DNA of 64,000 bases from Sandaracinaceae bacterium (GTDB lineage: Bacteria > Myxococcota_A > Polyangia > Polyangiales > Sandaracinaceae). Shown here piece by piece: positions 52,343 to 62,550 of the stretch. Positions within the stretch are counted from its first letter, which is position 1; each line of letters starts with the position of its first letter. A program made the translations under genes and the position numbers. Location of the stretch: the NCBI GenBank assembly GCA_044220955.1, contig JBGAQA010000005.1:9897-73896 (forward strand), written 5' to 3'. Under the pieces are notes generated by a model that worked only from the letters and a program-made list of their open reading frames with translations, was not told where the DNA came from and did no database searches.

Positions 52343-53626
52343 TCACGCGCGTGCCGCGGCTCGCGCGGCGTTTCGCCCGGCGAGCCAGCCCGTGAGCGTC
52401 GCGATGCCGAGGCCTCCGCCTGCGCCGGCGATGGGCACCTCGGCCAGGACGCTACCTGCCGCGAAGAGCGTCGGCAGCTTGGCCCGGCCGCTCGCGTCGA
52501 GCGGACGCATGTCCTCGTCGACGCCCACCCCGACACGAAAGCCAGGAGCCTCCGCCGCGGTGTCGGCCTCGAAGAGCGCGCTCGTGTCCGACGACGGAAG
52601 GGGCCTGCCGTCGACGTAGCCGGGGAGGCCGAAGAGCGGCTCGATCGCCTCGTCGCGCCGGAAGACGAGGCCCCCGGCGAGGTGGCGGCCGGTCGCGAGC
52701 ACGACGGCGCCCGGGCGATGGGTGGTGCGATCCGTCTCGAGGGTGCGGCCGCTGGCCCGCAGCACGGGCGAGCGCTCGTAGCTGGCCTGCGACCGGGCGA
52801 ACCCGCGCGCCAGCGCGCGGACCAGGCGCGCGCTCTGCGGCCCCGTGAGAGAGCTGGCCCACTCGCCGATGGGCATCGCGAGCGCGGATCGGACGCGGGA
52901 CCAGGCGGTGTCGTCGTGCTCGCCGAGGAGCGGCGGCAGGAGCACGCCATCGAAGCTGGAGCCGCCCAGGGCGCGGTCGAGCGCACGGACGAGGCGATCA
53001 CGCGCGCGATCGTCGTCGAAGAGCGCGCCCGCCTCGTGCGGGTGTAGCCACACGTCGCGGCCCCGGCGCAGCATCTCCACCTCGACGGCGCAGAACCGCC
53101 GCGGGTCCCCCGCCCGGACGGCCACCTCGCCGAGCGAGGCGGCGACGAAGGCACCGTCGTGCGCGCGCGCCGCGGGGAACGTCGCGACGGCGATGCGCCC
53201 GCGCGGGAGCGCGGCGAGATCGAGCAGGGCGCGCTGGGCCGTGGCCACGCGCCGCACGAGTCCGACGTCGGTCGCGACGAGCGCAGGCGGGGCGCCGAGA
53301 TCGAGCGGCGCGTAGATGCCCAGGGCCGCCAGCACGGCGGCGTGCGCGCGCGCGGCGAGCTCGGGTAGCTCGGCGACGTGCGCCGCGAGCGGGTGCGCCT
53401 TGCGCGCCTCGACCGTCTCGACGAGCAGGGCGGCGCTCGAGCGCGCGTCTCCCAGGGCAGCGGCGGCGCGCGCGGGGGCGAGGCCGAGGTCCCACGTCCC
53501 GCCCGCGAGCGACGATGCGCCCGGGCTCGCGTCGAGGACGGTCACCCGAGCGCCCGCCTCCGTGGCCGACAGCGCGGCGGCGAGGCCCGCGACGCCACCC
53601 CCGATCACCACGACCTCGGCGCTCAC
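52343..53626 (-). CDS. GlpB-like FAD-binding protein (anaerobic glycerol-3-phosphate dehydrogenase subunit B-like)
   Basis: GGGVAG, VVLATGRHLAGGL, EPLFGLP, GVGVDEDMRP, LFAAGSVL, GGLGIA. Confidence 0.75.
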   Translation of the reverse strand: MSAEVVVIGGGVAGLAAALSATEAGARVTVLDASPGASSLAGGTWDLGLAPARAAAALGDARSSAALLVETVEARKAHPLAAHVAELPELAARAHAAVLAALGIYAPLDLGAPPALVATDVGLVRRVATAQRALLDLAALPRGRIAVATFPAARAHDGAFVAASLGEVAVRAGDPRRFCAVEVEMLRRGRDVWLHPHEAGALFDDDRARDRLVRALDRALGGSSFDGVLLPPLLGEHDDTAWSRVRSALAMPIGEWASSLTGPQSARLVRALARGFARSQASYERSPVLRASGRTLETDRTTHRPGAVVLATGRHLAGGLVFRRDEAIEPLFGLPGYVDGRPLPSSDTSALFEADTAAEAPGFRVGVGVDEDMRPLDASGRAKLPTLFAAGSVLAEVPIAGAGGGLGIATLTGWLAGRNAARAAARA

Positions 53627-55167
53627 TCGCCGCCTCCGTCCTCGCCGCTGGCGAGGCTCGACGCGGTCCAGCGCGCGTGCGCGAGCTCTTCCTGCGCGAG
53701 CGCCGCTCCGTCGAGCGCGGGGGCGCGCGCGACCCAGCGCTCGGCGAGGAAGCGGCGCGTCATCTCACGCGCGTCCGAGGGCGCGAGGGCGCGCTCCGCG
53801 CGGACGATCTCGGCGGCGCGCTGGGCGCAGAGCATGCCGCCGCACGCGCCGTGACCGAGCCCCGTACGGCGGCCCACGTCGCAGACGTCACGCGCGTGCT
53901 CGGCGCGAATCGCGTGCCGGATCTCGGCCTCCAGCACGGGCTCGCAGGCGCAGACGACGGAGGCCTCGGTGCGGCGCCTGCCGATGCGCGCGCCGATGTC
54001 GATCGCGCGCGCCCCATGCCGCAGCGCGACGCGCCGCGCGGTCGGCTCGGGGATCGCGAGCCGCTCGGCCACGAGGAAGGAGTCGACCGCCTCCTCCCCG
54101 CCGGGGAGCGCCGCGCTCTCCACGTCGCGCGATGCGCCGAGCCCCAGGTGCCCGGCGACGAGCGCCCCGATGGCGCCGGCGCGGGCGCGCGCGTCCCACG
54201 GCGTGCCCGCCGGGACCACGAACACGGGCGGCGCGGCCGCGGCGGCGAGCGTGCGACGGACACTCGCGTACGCGGCATCGATCCGCGCGTCGCGTAGCTC
54301 GGGGACGACGCGGGCCATCCGCGAGAGCAGCGTCCGCACCTCGTCGCGCGTCGCGAGCGTCGAGGGCGCAGGTCCCGCGCGCGCGCTCGCCGGACCGGTG
54401 ACGATGGTGACGTTGTGGAAGGGCACGATCGACGCGTCCGCGTCGACGATCGCGTGCGTGACGATCGCGTGCCCGAGCACGAGGTGCACCCGTCGCTCGC
54501 GAGGGAGCACGTCGGCCGCGCCGGGGATCGACTCGGCGCCGGTGGCGATGACGGCGGCGCGCGCGAGCAGGGTGTCGCCCGCGCGCGTCGTGACCCGCAC
54601 TCCCTCGGCGCCCGCGACGAGAGACACGACCTCCTCACGAAGTCGGAGGTCGGCGCCGTTCTCGATCGCATCGCGCGCGTACGCGAGCGAGAGCCGCCGC
54701 GCATCGACGCGCACACGCGTCGTCAGCAGCGCGCCGCGGTCGTCGTCGAGGCGCAGCGCGGCCTCGCGCGCTCGCGCGGCGCGCGGGTCGAGCACGTGGC
54801 GATCGGTCTGCTCACCGGCGCGCGCCCGCAAGGCGAGGAGCGCGTCCCAGCGCGCGAGCAGCCCGACCCCGCGCCGCGGCCCGGAGGCGAGCGCCAGCAC
54901 CCGCACGCTCGAAGCGAGGTGGGGCGCCGTCCGCACGAGGATCGACTCCTCCCGTGCTCGACGCGCGCGCGAGGCGGCGTCGCCGAGATCCTCGAGCTCG
55001 AGATCGCGCACGTCGACGGTGCCCTGCGCCGCGATCGACCCCCCCGCGGCGAGATCGTCCCGCTCGAAGAGGACCACGCGCGCGGCGCGCCGGGCGAGGT
55101 CACGCAGGGTGGACGTCCCGGCCAGACCTCCGCCGATCACCACGACGTCGACGTCGGCCGCGCTCAC
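53623..55167 (-). CDS. GlpA-like FAD oxidoreductase with C-terminal BFD-like [2Fe-2S] motif, divergent
   Basis: GGGLAG, LPGGE, VCACE...RRTGLGHGACGGMLC. Confidence 0.7.
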   Translation of the reverse strand: MSAADVDVVVIGGGLAGTSTLRDLARRAARVVLFERDDLAAGGSIAAQGTVDVRDLELEDLGDAASRARRAREESILVRTAPHLASSVRVLALASGPRRGVGLLARWDALLALRARAGEQTDRHVLDPRAARAREAALRLDDDRGALLTTRVRVDARRLSLAYARDAIENGADLRLREEVVSLVAGAEGVRVTTRAGDTLLARAAVIATGAESIPGAADVLPRERRVHLVLGHAIVTHAIVDADASIVPFHNVTIVTGPASARAGPAPSTLATRDEVRTLLSRMARVVPELRDARIDAAYASVRRTLAAAAAPPVFVVPAGTPWDARARAGAIGALVAGHLGLGASRDVESAALPGGEEAVDSFLVAERLAIPEPTARRVALRHGARAIDIGARIGRRRTEASVVCACEPVLEAEIRHAIRAEHARDVCDVGRRTGLGHGACGGMLCAQRAAEIVRAERALAPSDAREMTRRFLAERWVARAPALDGAALAQEELAHARWTASSLASGEDGGGE

Positions 55168-56087
55168 GCGGGCACAGTACCACCACCGTCGAGCACGGCC
55201 GAGACGCGCGGCAGCCGCTCGAGCGTGAAGCGCGAGACCAGCGCCTGCGGGGTCGTCCGCTCTCCGGGCGCGGCCAGACCGAGGCTCGCGGCCAGCCGCC
55301 CGACGATCGCATCCGGCGTCTCTCGTGCCGCGCGCAGCGCGTCGATGCCGATCGCGCCGTGCCGCTTCGCGAGCCGGTCCCCGTCGGCGCCGAGCACCAG
55401 GGGGACGTGCAGGAAGCCCGGCGGCTCGGCGCCGAGCGCCCGATGGAGCGCGATCTGACGCGGCACCGATGGGAGGAGATCCACACCGCGAACGACCTCG
55501 GTGATGTGCATGTCCATGTCGTCGACGACGACGGCGAGCTGGTAGGCGAACACGCCGTCGCTCCGCGCGACGACGAAGTCACCGCTCGCGATCCCGTCCT
55601 CGCGGCGGCCGAGGAGCGCGTCGTCGAAGGGCGCGCCGCGCTCGAAGCGGAAGCGCAGCGCGGCCGGGCGCTCGGGATGCGTGGGCCCGTTCCTGCACGT
55701 CCCGGGATACACCGGCTCCTCGCCGTGCGGCGCGCTCGCGAGCCCCGCGAGCTCCTTGCGCGTACACGTGCACGGATAGACGAGCCCGCGCGCACGGAGC
55801 GACGCCACGACCTCTCGATAGCGGTCGACGCGCATGCTCTGCACGTAGGGGGCGTAGGGCCCACCGACGTCGGGGCCCTCGTCCCAGTCCAGGCCGAGCC
55901 AGCGCAGCTCCTCGAGGATCGCCTCCGCCATGCCCGAGCGCGCGCGCGGTCCATCGAGGTCCTCGACCCGCAGCACGAAGGCGCCTCCCTCGCTCCGCGC
56001 GCGGAGCCAGGCGACGAGCGCCGTGCGCGCCGTGCCGAGGTGCACGTGACCGGTCGGCGAGGGAGCGAATCGGCCGCGGTAGCTCAC
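55164..56087 (-). CDS. gluQ: Glutamyl-Q tRNA(Asp) synthetase
   Basis: GRFAPSPTGHVHLG, CTCTRKE...YPGTCR, YQLAVVVDD, RLAKRHG; no anticodon-binding domain. Confidence 0.92.
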   Translation of the reverse strand: MSYRGRFAPSPTGHVHLGTARTALVAWLRARSEGGAFVLRVEDLDGPRARSGMAEAILEELRWLGLDWDEGPDVGGPYAPYVQSMRVDRYREVVASLRARGLVYPCTCTRKELAGLASAPHGEEPVYPGTCRNGPTHPERPAALRFRFERGAPFDDALLGRREDGIASGDFVVARSDGVFAYQLAVVVDDMDMHITEVVRGVDLLPSVPRQIALHRALGAEPPGFLHVPLVLGADGDRLAKRHGAIGIDALRAARETPDAIVGRLAASLGLAAPGERTTPQALVSRFTLERLPRVSAVLDGGGTVPA

Positions 56088-57271
56088 GCGCGCCGCACCC
56101 GATCGATGGACACCCACTCGTCCCAGGTGTCCGCGTAGTCGTCGTAGTGGACGAGGTGTACGCCGAGGCGCGCCTCGCGCACCGTCGCCGGGAACCACTC
56201 GTCGTTCCACTGGACCGACACGCGCGTGCCAGGCGCGTAGGCCAAAGGGGCGAAGGGTCGCGTCTCGCTCACGTCGACGGTCGCGTCCCAGCGCCGGGTG
56301 TAGCCGTCGTAGTGAACCGCGATCTGGCCATCGGGCTCGCCCGTGATCGTGGCGGGCCACCACGCGCCCTCGGAGAGCACCTCGATGCGCTCGCCGTAGC
56401 GGGCGCAGGGCGCGGCCGCGGCAGGCCCGAGCTGGAGCATGAGCGGGAACTCGCTCGTCTGCCGCACGCTCGCCAGCTGCCCGTCGGCGAACGCCATCTC
56501 TTCCTGCACGAAGCGGGAGAGATCCGCGACGGTCACGGTCCGGTCGCGATCACGGTCCGCGTACGCCGTGCCCTCGAAGGCCGAGATGATCGCGTCGGTG
56601 AACGTCCATGCGCCGGTCGACGTCTGGCTGGCGCTCGACGCGCCGAACCCCGCGCGCGGAGGGCCGCCGGGTCGGGCCATCACCTCGTCGGCGAGCGCGC
56701 CCGAGTAGCAGGTGTCGGCGAAGAGCAGCGCGCGCTGCATGCGGCCGTGCTCCTCGAGCGTGCGCACGATCTCCTCGTAGCCGAGGCAGGTGCTCGGGGT
56801 ATCGTCGCCGCCGTCGAAAGGGACCGCGTAGCTCGCGCCCGCCGCGGTGCGATCGCCGTGCCCCGCCCAGTAGAAGAGGAACGTGTCCGCAGGACCGGCG
56901 GCCTCGATCGCCGATCGCAGTCCGCCGCGCGCGGCGGCGAGCGTCGCGCCGCGATCCGTCAGGTGCGTGATGCGCGCCTCCGGGACGCCGCGGCGGACGA
57001 GCGCCTCGATCAGCGCGCGATCGCGCCGCTCGACGCGTGGGAACGAGTCGTAGAGGTCGTGGCGGTGCCAGCGCAAGAGGCCCGCCGCGAAGACGACGGT
57101 GCGCGCCGGCTCCCACACGGGCCAGACGTCGGGCCTCGGCGGCGGACCGGGCGCGGCGGGTGCCGAAGGCGGCAACGCCGGGGCCGCGGGGCCGCCCCCG
57201 AAGCAGCACGCCCCGAGGGGCAGGGTCACGCTCGCCGAGATCGCTCGCCTCAGGAACGTCCGCCGCCGCAC
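56084..57271 (-). CDS. Exported caspase-like (clan CD) peptidase with two C-terminal Tudor/Agenet-like domains
   Basis: RRRTFL twin-arginine-like signal, YWAGHG, ADTCYSG; WWPATI...VHYDGY..WD and WFPATV...VHYDDY..WDEWV. Confidence 0.75.
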   Translation of the reverse strand: MRRRTFLRRAISASVTLPLGACCFGGGPAAPALPPSAPAAPGPPPRPDVWPVWEPARTVVFAAGLLRWHRHDLYDSFPRVERRDRALIEALVRRGVPEARITHLTDRGATLAAARGGLRSAIEAAGPADTFLFYWAGHGDRTAAGASYAVPFDGGDDTPSTCLGYEEIVRTLEEHGRMQRALLFADTCYSGALADEVMARPGGPPRAGFGASSASQTSTGAWTFTDAIISAFEGTAYADRDRDRTVTVADLSRFVQEEMAFADGQLASVRQTSEFPLMLQLGPAAAAPCARYGERIEVLSEGAWWPATITGEPDGQIAVHYDGYTRRWDATVDVSETRPFAPLAYAPGTRVSVQWNDEWFPATVREARLGVHLVHYDDYADTWDEWVSIDRVRRA

Positions 57272-57328
57272 GCCCCGACGATACCGCCGCCCCCGCTCGT
57301 CGCGCACCGACTATGATCGCCGCGCTCG

Positions 57329-58081
57329 ATGCTGCAGCTGCCCCCGCTCGACCTCGCGCTGCCGCTCGCGCTCGCGGCCGTGCTCGCGTTCTCGGTCGAG
57401 ACCGCGCTCGGCTTCGGCGCGACCCTCATCCTCGTCGCGATCGGCTCCTTCTTCGCCGACCTCGGCACGTTGCTCCCGGCCATCGCGCCGCTGAACCTCC
57501 TGCTCTCGCTCTACATCGTCTCCCGCTACCACCGCGAGATCGACCGGCGCGTGCTCCTCGGCAAGCTCGTGCCCCTCATGGCGCTCGGCCTGCCCATCGG
57601 CGTCGTGATCGTCGGCGCGCTCGACGCGTCGATGCTCAAGCGTCTGTTCGGCGTCTTCCTCGTGGCCGTGAGCTCGCTCGAGCTCTGGCGCGCACGCAAC
57701 GGCGAGGGGACGCGCCCACCCCTGGGACGCATCCCGGAGGGCGCGCTCCTGATCGCTGGCGGCGTGATCCACGGCGCCTTCATGACCGGCGGGCCGATGG
57801 CGGTCTACGTCGCCAGCCGGATCCTCCACGACAAGGGGCGCTACCGCGCGACGCTCTCGTCGCTCTGGGCGATCCTCAACGCGGCGATCCTCGTCACCTA
57901 CGGCCTGCGCGGCGAGCTCGGCCCGAGCGCCCGCGGCCTCTCGCTCGCGCTCCTGCCCGCGATCGTGCTCGGCATGGTGGTGGGCGAGGTCGCGTTCCGG
58001 CGCTTGCCGGTGACCGCGTTCCGGACGATGGTCTTCGCCATGCTCCTGGCCTCGGGTGTGGCGCTCGTGGTGCGCGGATGA
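57329..58081 (+). CDS. TauE/SafE family sulfite exporter
   Basis: ETALGFG, HGAFMTGGP; about 8 TM helices. Confidence 0.88.
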   Translation: MLQLPPLDLALPLALAAVLAFSVETALGFGATLILVAIGSFFADLGTLLPAIAPLNLLLSLYIVSRYHREIDRRVLLGKLVPLMALGLPIGVVIVGALDASMLKRLFGVFLVAVSSLELWRARNGEGTRPPLGRIPEGALLIAGGVIHGAFMTGGPMAVYVASRILHDKGRYRATLSSLWAILNAAILVTYGLRGELGPSARGLSLALLPAIVLGMVVGEVAFRRLPVTAFRTMVFAMLLASGVALVVRG

Positions 58082-58091
58082 AGGTGCGCGA

Positions 58092-58799
58092 GTGAGCGCG
58101 CCCTCGCCCGTCGATGCCGCGGTGCTGCGAACCCGCGCGGCGCTCGCGCTCGCGTTCGTGCTCGGCCGCTACGTGCCCTTGCCCTTTCTCGACGACCTCG
58201 TGCGCGAGCGGATCGCGCGCGTGGTGGTGACCCGGGCGGCCACGAGCCTCGGGCACGCGCTCGAGCCGTCGGAGGCCGCGCGACTCGCGGCCAACTCGGA
58301 CGGCTGCCTCGGCTGCCTCGGGGCGATCCTCTGGGCGCCGCTCCGGCTACTGTTCTTTCCGATCGCGGTCCTGCTCAACCTTCGCCACGCGAGCCGCGAC
58401 CTCGTCGAGATCTTCGCGCTCGGGCGCACCATCGAGCGTGTGCTCGAGGACGCTCGCTACCCGGTCGCGGCGACGGCCGACGCGCGGCTCGCCTACGCGC
58501 GTGACGTGCGGGTGGCGTTCGACACCGCGAGGCGCGGGCTGGACGTGCAGGCGGTCGCGGGGCTGCTCTCGGTCGCGCTCGGCCCGATCCGCAAGATCGC
58601 GCCGGCCGCGTTCCGGATGATGCGCCGCGTCTGGCACGGCGACGACGACGCGACCGCCGACGCACGCGCGGACGCTCCGGCGAGCCGCCTCGCGGCCGCG
58701 CTCTCCGATCCGCGCATGAGGGACCTCTTCGCCGAGATCGATCGCCGCTTCGACGCGGCGCTGCTCGCCGAGCGCGCCAAGACGACGGACGCCCGCTGA
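58092..58799 (+). CDS. Hypothetical protein
   Basis: VPLPFLDDL motif; coding-like composition. Confidence 0.65.
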   Translation: MSAPSPVDAAVLRTRAALALAFVLGRYVPLPFLDDLVRERIARVVVTRAATSLGHALEPSEAARLAANSDGCLGCLGAILWAPLRLLFFPIAVLLNLRHASRDLVEIFALGRTIERVLEDARYPVAATADARLAYARDVRVAFDTARRGLDVQAVAGLLSVALGPIRKIAPAAFRMMRRVWHGDDDATADARADAPASRLAAALSDPRMRDLFAEIDRRFDAALLAERAKTTDAR

Positions 58800-58809
58800 G
58801 TCGCCCCAT

Positions 58810-60552
58810 TCAGGGCGAGACGACGTCCGCCATCGAGAAGTCGACGTCGAATGCCCGGTGTCTCCACGGCGCACGGCAGTGCTTGCGCGCGGCCGCGTGC
58901 GCGGGGGGGTCGGCGCGCAGCGCCAGGCACGCGCGGTAGTCGTCGACCGCCCCGCGACGATCGCCGGCGAGGTCCCGCGCACGCCCGCGGAAGAGATGGA
59001 ACGTCGCGCGCCGCTCCTCGTGCGGGTGGCCGAGCGCGATCGCGCGACCGAACGCCTCGCCCGCGGCGCTCGCCTCGCCGAGCTCGAGCGACGTGAAGCC
59101 GACGAGCGCGTGGAAGAGCGGCTCGCGTGGAGCGAGCGCCCGCGCCTCTTCGCACTCGGCCCGCGCCGCGCGCACGTCGTGCTCGTCGACGTACGCGCAG
59201 TACGCCCGTCGATAGTGCTCGAACGCCTCGCGCTCGCTCGCCGTCTCGCCGTCCTGCACGCGGAACGTCCCGCGTCCCTCGACCCAGTCGCCGGTCGCGA
59301 GCGAGAAGCACGCCATCTCGCCGCGGCTGGTCGGCGCCTCGCCCGTCCCGAGCCACAAGAGGCCCTGCTCCGGCTTGAACACCACGCTGGTGGTCGTCAT
59401 CACCATCGCGGTCGCCTCGCCGAGACGGCAGCCGTCGAGTCCCCGGGCGCCGATCACGCCGGCCACGACCTCCTCGTCGATCTTCCCACGCTGCGCCTCG
59501 AGCGCCTCGTTCGCGCGCCGATGGCGAGCGGCGTTGTGCCGCCAGTAGCTGCCGTAGAGGTTCGCCTCGGTGCGCCCGAGCTCGGGGTCGAGGTAGACGT
59601 TCGCGTAGCCGAACGTGGCGCGTCCGTCCCCTTTTCCGATGCGTCGCCGAGCGCGGCGCACGGGGTTCTCCTCCCAGCAGAGGATCTCGCCGTTCTTCCC
59701 GTCGGTGACGAGGTAGGTCCAGCAGCCGATCGGTGTGTGGCGCGACAGGATCGCCTCCGCCTCGTCGAGGTTCGACGCCTCCCGCATGACGAGGTCGCCC
59801 ACGACGCCGATGGGCGTCCCGCCGAGCGCCGCCTCTGCGGTGAACATGTGCTGGTGGACGCTGAGCGAGAGCCCTGCCTCGTTCATCGCGGTGACGCCGC
59901 CGAGGCCGACACCCGCCGACGCCGCCGACACGTACTTCTGACCGCGCTCCGGCTCGTGGAAGAGCAGCGCGGCGTTCGTGGGCCACGTCGAGACCCCGTG
60001 GTAGTCGAGGTTGCGCGCGTGGACCAGCTTGCCGTCGCGCGTCGCATCGCCCCACGCGATCGCGCTGGTGCAGCCGAGGCCGAGCGAGAACCGGTGCACC
60101 ACCGCCGGGCCCGGGGCCTTCAGCGCGATGAGCCGCGACGCCACCCAGAGCAGCGTGTCGGGCATCGTGCACCCCGCGAGCAGCTCGTCCGGGTCGAGGC
60201 CCGCGCCGGCGGCGATCCCCACGATGGTGTCGCGCGCGAAGTCGGGCATCCGTCGGGCGACACGGCCGCCGACGCCGGCCGAGAGGGCCGGCCAGACGAA
60301 GCGGCCGAGCGGGCCGACGGAGCGGCCCATGAGCTTCTCGATGTAGCGCCGGTAGTAGGGAATGGTGCCGGCGCGGACCTCGTCGCGCAGGAGCGCGCCG
60401 TGCTGCTCGCCCATCTCGCGAAACGAGCCGCGGAGGCGGAGCACGTTCACGTTGGCGACGCGACGGCCTTCTCCTTTGCCGTGGGATCGCCAGGGCGTGC
60501 GCTCGATGCGCGGGCTGGGGATCGGGGTGCTCGACACGTGCTCGATCGTCAT
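58810..60552 (-). CDS. C45-family Ntn-hydrolase peptidase (AAT-like) with C-terminal TPR-like region
   Basis: EMGEQHG, autocleavage site GCTS, HARNLDY, MNEAGL. Confidence 0.85.
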   Translation of the reverse strand: MTIEHVSSTPIPSPRIERTPWRSHGKGEGRRVANVNVLRLRGSFREMGEQHGALLRDEVRAGTIPYYRRYIEKLMGRSVGPLGRFVWPALSAGVGGRVARRMPDFARDTIVGIAAGAGLDPDELLAGCTMPDTLLWVASRLIALKAPGPAVVHRFSLGLGCTSAIAWGDATRDGKLVHARNLDYHGVSTWPTNAALLFHEPERGQKYVSAASAGVGLGGVTAMNEAGLSLSVHQHMFTAEAALGGTPIGVVGDLVMREASNLDEAEAILSRHTPIGCWTYLVTDGKNGEILCWEENPVRRARRRIGKGDGRATFGYANVYLDPELGRTEANLYGSYWRHNAARHRRANEALEAQRGKIDEEVVAGVIGARGLDGCRLGEATAMVMTTTSVVFKPEQGLLWLGTGEAPTSRGEMACFSLATGDWVEGRGTFRVQDGETASEREAFEHYRRAYCAYVDEHDVRAARAECEEARALAPREPLFHALVGFTSLELGEASAAGEAFGRAIALGHPHEERRATFHLFRGRARDLAGDRRGAVDDYRACLALRADPPAHAAARKHCRAPWRHRAFDVDFSMADVVSP

Positions 60553-61328
60553 GCCTTGCTCCTCTTTCTCTTGCTCTGACTCGGCGGCGCGGGCGCGCCG
60601 GACGGGTAGCTCGGGCCCGAGGCCAGGGCCGCTGCAGCGACCAGTCGCGGCGAGGCCCACGCGTGGAACGCGCGCACCACCTGCTCGATCCCCGTCGCGT
60701 CCTTCTTGCGCACGAGGTCGACGAGGACCGTCATGCCCTGGAAGTGGGCCTCGTTCGCCGGTCGCACGATGCGGAACAGCTCGTCGAGATCGCGGCTCAC
60801 CACGCGGTTCCAGTGCGCGAGCATCTGGAACACGGGGTTCTGCGTCGCCTGCGCGACGGCCGCCGCGACGTCGGGGCTCCGCTCGGCGTACGCGTCCGCG
60901 TCACCGAGCGCCTCCCTGGCGCGCGCGAGCGCGGTGTCGAGTCGCTCGAGATCGGCCTTCGTGCGCCGCTCGGCTGCCAGGACGGACATCTTCACGTCGA
61001 GCTCCGCCCGCACCTCGAGCAGACCCTCGAGCACCCGCCGGTCGATCTTGCCGGGCTCGGGCGTGAGCAGCGCGCGCAGGACCTCGGGCGAGAGCGAGCG
61101 GAGCGGATCGAGGACCTCCGTCCCGCGGCGGCGCACCGGCCGCACGAGCCGATGCACCTCGAGCAGCTTGATCGCCTCGCGGACGACGCCCCGGTTGACG
61201 CCGTAGCGCGCCGCGAGCTCGTCCTCGCGCGGGAGGATCGCGCCGACGGCCCACTCGCCGCGGACGATGCCGCGCATGATGTCGTCCGCGACCGTGTCGG
61301 CCTTCCGCACGCGAGGACGATACATCAT
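60549..61328 (-). CDS. GntR/FadR-family transcriptional regulator
   Basis: LPREDELAARYGVNRGVVREAIKLL; FCD-like C-terminus. Confidence 0.92.
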   Translation of the reverse strand: MMYRPRVRKADTVADDIMRGIVRGEWAVGAILPREDELAARYGVNRGVVREAIKLLEVHRLVRPVRRRGTEVLDPLRSLSPEVLRALLTPEPGKIDRRVLEGLLEVRAELDVKMSVLAAERRTKADLERLDTALARAREALGDADAYAERSPDVAAAVAQATQNPVFQMLAHWNRVVSRDLDELFRIVRPANEAHFQGMTVLVDLVRKKDATGIEQVVRAFHAWASPRLVAAAALASGPSYPSGAPAPPSQSKRKRSKA

Positions 61329-61402
61329 ACTTATTCTGTGTCCAGCGATGATTGCAATGGCGGCGCTGCGCCCGGCGCGAATTCGCGTGATATAGGCCCC
61401 CG

Positions 61403-61969
61403 ATGACCCGCTTCCTGGCCGCCCTCCTCCTCCTCTCGCTCTCCGCGTGCGGCGGCGCCTACTACGCGATGCGGCCCGCCGCCTCCGACGATCCGCCCGT
61501 GGCGATCGAGGGCCGCGCGCTCGTCGTCTTCGCGATGCCCACGAGCGGGCGCGACACGGTGAGCGTCATCGACGAGCTCGGCGTGTACCTGGGCCAGCTC
61601 CGCGGCCACACCTGGTTCGCGCGGGACGTCCCGCCGGGGGACCACCGCTTCTACGCGCTCGAGGGCAGCTCGGCCGCGGTGGTGCACGCGGTCGGGCTCG
61701 AGGCGGGACGCGTCTACTACCTCCGCATGGAGGACCCCGTCTTCGGCGTCACGCGCTTCGTCGCCGCCGGGTGCGACGCCACGAGCTTGACGGGGACGCA
61801 CCGCACCGAGCCGGATCCGGCCGCGAGCGAGGCCGCCGTCCGCCGGCAGCTCGGAGACATCCCCCAGCGCACGCTCGAGGCCGACGGTCGCTTCGACCGG
61901 ATGAGCGGCGAGGATCGGACCGCGCGCACCCTTTCGGGGGCTTGCCCTTCGGCGACCGCCGCCCCATGA
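61403..61969 (+). CDS. Lipoprotein of unknown function
   Basis: Lipobox LSAC; VPPGDHRF...LEAGRVYYL. Confidence 0.75.
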   Translation: MTRFLAALLLLSLSACGGAYYAMRPAASDDPPVAIEGRALVVFAMPTSGRDTVSVIDELGVYLGQLRGHTWFARDVPPGDHRFYALEGSSAAVVHAVGLEAGRVYYLRMEDPVFGVTRFVAAGCDATSLTGTHRTEPDPAASEAAVRRQLGDIPQRTLEADGRFDRMSGEDRTARTLSGACPSATAAP

Positions 61970-61998
61970 GACCTGCCCTCGAAGGAGACGAACGAACC

Positions 61999-62466
61999 AT
62001 GCGACCGCTCTCTGCGCTCCTGCTCTCCTGCTCCCTCGCCGCCTGCGGTGGCGCGTCCTCGGGCGCCGCCTCCTCCGCGGACGGCGCGACCGCCTCGACG
62101 TCGGGCTCCGAGAGCTCGAGCGAGGCGGCACCGCGCTTCGCGATGGTCACCGTCGACCAGGTCGCCGCCCGCGTCGAGGCCCACGACCCGCGCCTGGCCG
62201 TCTTCGACGCCAACGGCCGCGAGACCTACGACGAGCACCACGTCCCGGGCGCGACGTGGGTCCACTACGACTCGGTCACCGCGGACGTCCTGCCCGCCGA
62301 CCGCGGAGCGTCACTCGTCTTCTATTGCGCCAACGAACATTGCTCGGCGAGCCACGTCGCCGCGGAGACGGCGCTGGACCTCGGCTACACGGACGTGTCC
62401 GTGATGGGCGGTGGTATCCAGGGCTGGATCGACGCGGGCAAGCCGGTCGAGTCGGCCGCGCACTGA
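61999..62466 (+). CDS. Rhodanese-domain lipoprotein
   Basis: Lipobox LAAC, HVPGA, FYCANEHC, GGIQGW. Confidence 0.9.
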   Translation: MRPLSALLLSCSLAACGGASSGAASSADGATASTSGSESSSEAAPRFAMVTVDQVAARVEAHDPRLAVFDANGRETYDEHHVPGATWVHYDSVTADVLPADRGASLVFYCANEHCSASHVAAETALDLGYTDVSVMGGGIQGWIDAGKPVESAAH

Positions 62467-62550
62467 CGCGCTCCGGGCAGAGCATTCTTCACCTCGGCTC
62501 TGGGCTCACCGTCGCCGATTCGACCGAGCTCCGCGGCTCTCGCTCGAGCG

